Assembly (NCBI GenBank): GCA_002269645.1
Contig: NIVC01002336.1
Coordinates: 1-64,000 of the forward strand
Reading direction: 5' to 3'
Length of the DNA stretch: 64,000 nucleotides
Source of the DNA: Macrostomum lignano
Lineage: Eukaryota
A program made the position numbers and the translations under genes. The notes under the pieces are model-generated. The model saw only the letters and a list, made by a program, of their open reading frames with translations, had not been told where the DNA came from and did no database searches. Below are positions 60,501 to 64,000 of this stretch, piece after piece; the stretch's first letter is position 1; every line of letters begins with the position of its first letter.

Positions 60501-62551
60501 CTGTAAATTAGAAATCTTGGACACCATTAAATCAGTCCATAAAAAATAAGCCAAAGGTGTTATCCATCTGCTAAAAATTTAAATATAAAATAACTATAGG
60601 CTTTAATTATTTCATCATTTGATAATCACATTGAACTGCTGGGGTCCATTTAAGTATGATTTTATAAAACAGATGCTATGCTGGTTAAGGTTGTTGAAAT
60701 AGTATGTATAATAAAATATAAAGTTTTAGAATATCTTTATCATAAATGTAAATAGGCTTTGCAACAAAAAAATAAATTATTTTCTGCAATGCAAAAAGCA
60801 AAGTATTCAGCATTTTCTATGAATTTTATCTGTTTATGACACGATTGCTTGAAATGATTTCTATACATGTTGATGTGCCTCAGAAAACTAGCACTCTTTT
60901 GTAAATATATCTTTATAAACTGTTTTAAATTATGCAAATAAATTATAAAAACAAATAAGAAACACGTAAAGACAGAATTTTTCTTTGAATACTTCATTTA
61001 CATTCGAAATTTCAAATATGAACACCCAACGGCCAACGGGGTGCTTTGACATGACATATTCTGATGAAAAAATGTTGACATAGTTTCGATGTTGTATTCT
61101 GGTAATAACCATTGGTGTTAAGACTTTTAAATCGTTTAATGCAGTGTTTTCTCACAATATCAATACAAAAAGTATTGTTTGTTTCAGCGGTTGGTTAGGC
61201 TAAGTAGTTTTTATTTAATTATCAAATACTTCTTTGTTATAATACCTGCAACTTCAATTATCATTTTATAACTCAAAATAGCGTATTTCGTGGGAAAACA
61301 CAAGTTTTTAAAGGATCTGGGATGTAAAATTTGGATTACAACGATAAAGAGGTAGCTCAGAAAACGCTCTACTACTTTTAATTGTCTTTAGACTTTTGTT
61401 AAACTTTTAATCTTCTGTAATCGAACGTTTTTGGCTGTAATACTTCCCTGTATAGTTAGAAAAATACATTCGTTTTTCTTGTTCGCATTCAACTTCAAAT
61501 TTGATGGCATCTAATGCATTTAGTTTCCTAATCATAACATTGAATTAACACTATTGGTTAATCTCTGAGTCCTATATCTGCATTCTGGAGCTACATCTAC
61601 ATTCAGTGGCTTTTTGGTCAATTTTTGTTGACTTTAATAAACTTTAGAATACATGTATGTATATTAGTGCAGATGTATATTTTCTGTTAAATATTTGCAT
61701 TAAAATTTCGCTAATGACTCCTTTATCTGTTTTGAGTGTTTTCAATAATTATCTACATGTAGATATAATACGCATAATCCACGGATAGAACTACATGTAA
61801 TAACTATAAATACGTATTTATCTACCGAGTTATCACACAGCTATCCGCTTTCCAGTCCAACTAATTCCCTAATTAGTTTTGATCACGCGAGGAAATGAAC
61901 TTGTTTTTCACACACGAAATTGTCTAATCGGCGGAAAACTTTGTGCCAACATAAAGCTAGAAGCAGGCACATTTTGTCTAAAAAAACAATAATTAAACAA
62001 CCAATAAACAAATATCTTTTCGCTCATAGTTTGATACAATCAAATTATTAACAATAATAATTTTTTTACAACAGATTAGCACAATTCGCCAAAGCGGGTG
62101 GGCGGGTATTTTCTGGATTGAGGTGGACTATGCAGTTAGCGAGGGGGTTGAAAATGCCCCTCCCGGCCCTCCAGGTTCCATTGGCGGCGTTCAGATTAGC
62201 GTCGCAATAATACAGGCTAATTGCAGACACGGGGTGCTGCGGTAGGTTGCCGCAGGTTAGCCTGTTTTTAGCATAAGCGTGTGTGTGGGCGTCGAACTAT
62301 ATGGTGTTGGCTCGCTTTGGCTTGTTTGGGTGTAAAGCTGCTAATTGCCGCACCTGTTTATGTACGTGTTGGTTCTACTTTTTCAGGCAGGTAGACCAAG
62401 ATCGCATTTGCAGGCCGCAATCCCAGCGGATGCAAAATAGCGCACCCTGTGACACTGAACGTTTTATGGTTGACACAATGATGCAGCTGCTGGGAGTTGA
62501 ATTCAGAATCTGGCTGAAGAGAGGATTTGCAGTAAAGGGTCAGAAATTGAT

Positions 62552-63700
62552 TAGGAGAGGGGATCAGGGAGATTAGGAGAGGGGATCAGAGAGATTGGGA
62601 GAGGGGATCAGAGAGATTGTGAGAGGGGATCAGAGAGATTGGGAGAGGGGATCAGAGAGATTGGGAGAGGGGATCAGGGAGATTAGGAGAGGGGATCAGA
62701 GAGATTGGGAGAGGGGATCAGGGAGATTAGGAGAGGGGATCAGAGAGATTGGGAGAGGGGATCAGGGAGATTAGGAGAGGGGATCAAAGAGATTGGGAGA
62801 GGGGATCAGAAAGATTGGGAGAAGGGGATCAGAAAGATTAGGAGATGGGATCGGAGAGATTAGGAGAGGGGATCAAAGAGATTGGGAGAGGGGATCAGAG
62901 AAATTGGGAGAGGGGATCGGAGAGATTAGGAGAGGGGATCAAAGAGATTGGGAGAGGGGATCAGGGAGATTAGGAGAGGGGATCAGAGAAATTGGGAGAG
63001 GGGATCGGAGAGATTAGGAGAAGGGATCCGAAAGATTGGGAGAAGGGGATTAGAGAGACTAGGAGAGGGGATCAAAAAGATGGAGAGAAGGAGATCAGAG
63101 ATAGATTAGGAGAGGGGATCAGAGAGATTGGGGGAGGGGATCAGAGAGATTGGGAGAGGGCATCGGAGAGACTAGGAGAGGGGATCGGAGAGATTGGGGA
63201 GGGGATCAGAGTGATTTGGAGAGGGGATCAGGGAGATTGGGGAGGGGATCAGAGTGATTTGGAGAGGGGATCAGGGAGATTGGGGAGGGGATCAGAGAAA
63301 TTGGGAGAGGGGATCGGAGAGATTAGGAGAAGGGATCCGAAAGATAGGGAGAAGGAGATCAGAGATAGATTAGGAGAGGGGATCAGAGAGATTGGGGGAG
63401 GGGATCAGAGAGATTGGGGGAGGGGATCAGAGAGATTGGGAGAGGGCATCGGAGAGACTAGGAGAGGGGATCAGCGAGATATTAGGAAAGAGGATCAGAG
63501 AGATTGGGAGAGGGGATCAGAGATAGATTAGGAGAGGGGATCAGAGAGATTGGGAGAGGGGATCGGAGAGATTGGGGAGGGGATCAGAGTGATTTGGAGA
63601 GGGGATCAGGGAGATTGGGGAGGGGATCAGAGTGATTGGGAGAGGGGATCGGAGAAACTAGGAAAGGGATCGGAGAGATTTAGAGACGGGATCAGAGGAA
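62552..63700. repeat. Purine-rich minisatellite, 22-bp unit GGGAGAGGGGATCAGAGAGATT
   Basis: Direct reading. Confidence 0.96.
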
Positions 63701-64000
63701 TCCTGTAGAGAAAGGGGATTAGGATCAGTGAAAATCAGCTATGGGCTATGAGAGCTTCGAAGAGGGGATTAAGAGTTGAAGGATGTTCAACAAGTCATGA
63801 TTCGATCCCGTTGCAAGAATAATTAAAACCGATGTAAGTAAATTCAAAATGAAAAGTGAAACTTGTACTTTAATTCTACGAGCTATCTGTCAGCTATTTG
63901 TTCATAAGTTGTCTGGCGCAGTCACGCAGGTATAAGTTTAGCAGGAGTTCTGTGAACACGGGCTGGCTATTAAATGACAAAGATGGCCAACACAGAAGCC

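Noticed and set aside
1270-63700. Long ORFs in the track over tandem repeats (for example 1270-2437, 12759-15180, 16468-17506, 38957-40156, 41110-42761, 47546-49097, 54715-55260, 58451-59134, 62793-63531)
   Set aside because: They are open in several frames on both strands only because the repeat units lack stop codons; the peptides are periodic and lie in introns or intergenic DNA.

Overview
Eukaryotic (animal) genomic DNA. GC-rich exons sit in introns packed with minisatellites; the style resembles a free-living flatworm such as Macrostomum, but that is inference and not verified. Genes reconstructed by hand from splice sites and reading phase: (1) a minus-strand thioredoxin-fold (TXNDC11-like) gene fragment, exons 5958-6089?, 2553-2739 and 682-970, with single-base deletions; (2) an intronless SNF8/Vps22 (ESCRT-II) gene at 4034-4779 (+) with one frameshift, probably nested antisense in an intron of gene 1; (3) a five-exon ZFHX3/4 (zfh2)-type zinc-finger homeobox gene, 8875-27964 (+), 1661 aa, with one intact and one degenerate homeodomain; (4) a nine-exon ESRP/fusilli splicing regulator, 38939-55458 (+), 796 aa, with a DnaQ-like domain and four RRMs; (5) a dynein light chain roadblock exon at 59414-59710 (-) whose ATG exon is not evident; (6) an unassigned transmembrane-encoding terminal exon at 60310-60500 (-). 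ZFHX intron 1 holds a THAP/P-element-like transposase relic interrupted by a hAT-type MITE that carries a 2.2-kb (CTCCT)n tract. Best second-look items: a U12-type intron in ESRP (GTATCCTTT donor, TTCCTTAAC branch site); a 35-bp 17+1+17 P-element-type excision footprint with an exact 7-bp TSD; an inverted pair of Penelope-type minimal hammerhead motifs; inverted repeats bracketing ESRP exon 6; and a possible spliced-leader-donated start codon for roadblock. Most long ORFs in the supplied track are artefacts of about 25 tandem repeats. No CRISPR array, rRNA or intact tRNA was found. Homologies are from remembered family motifs; no database search was run.
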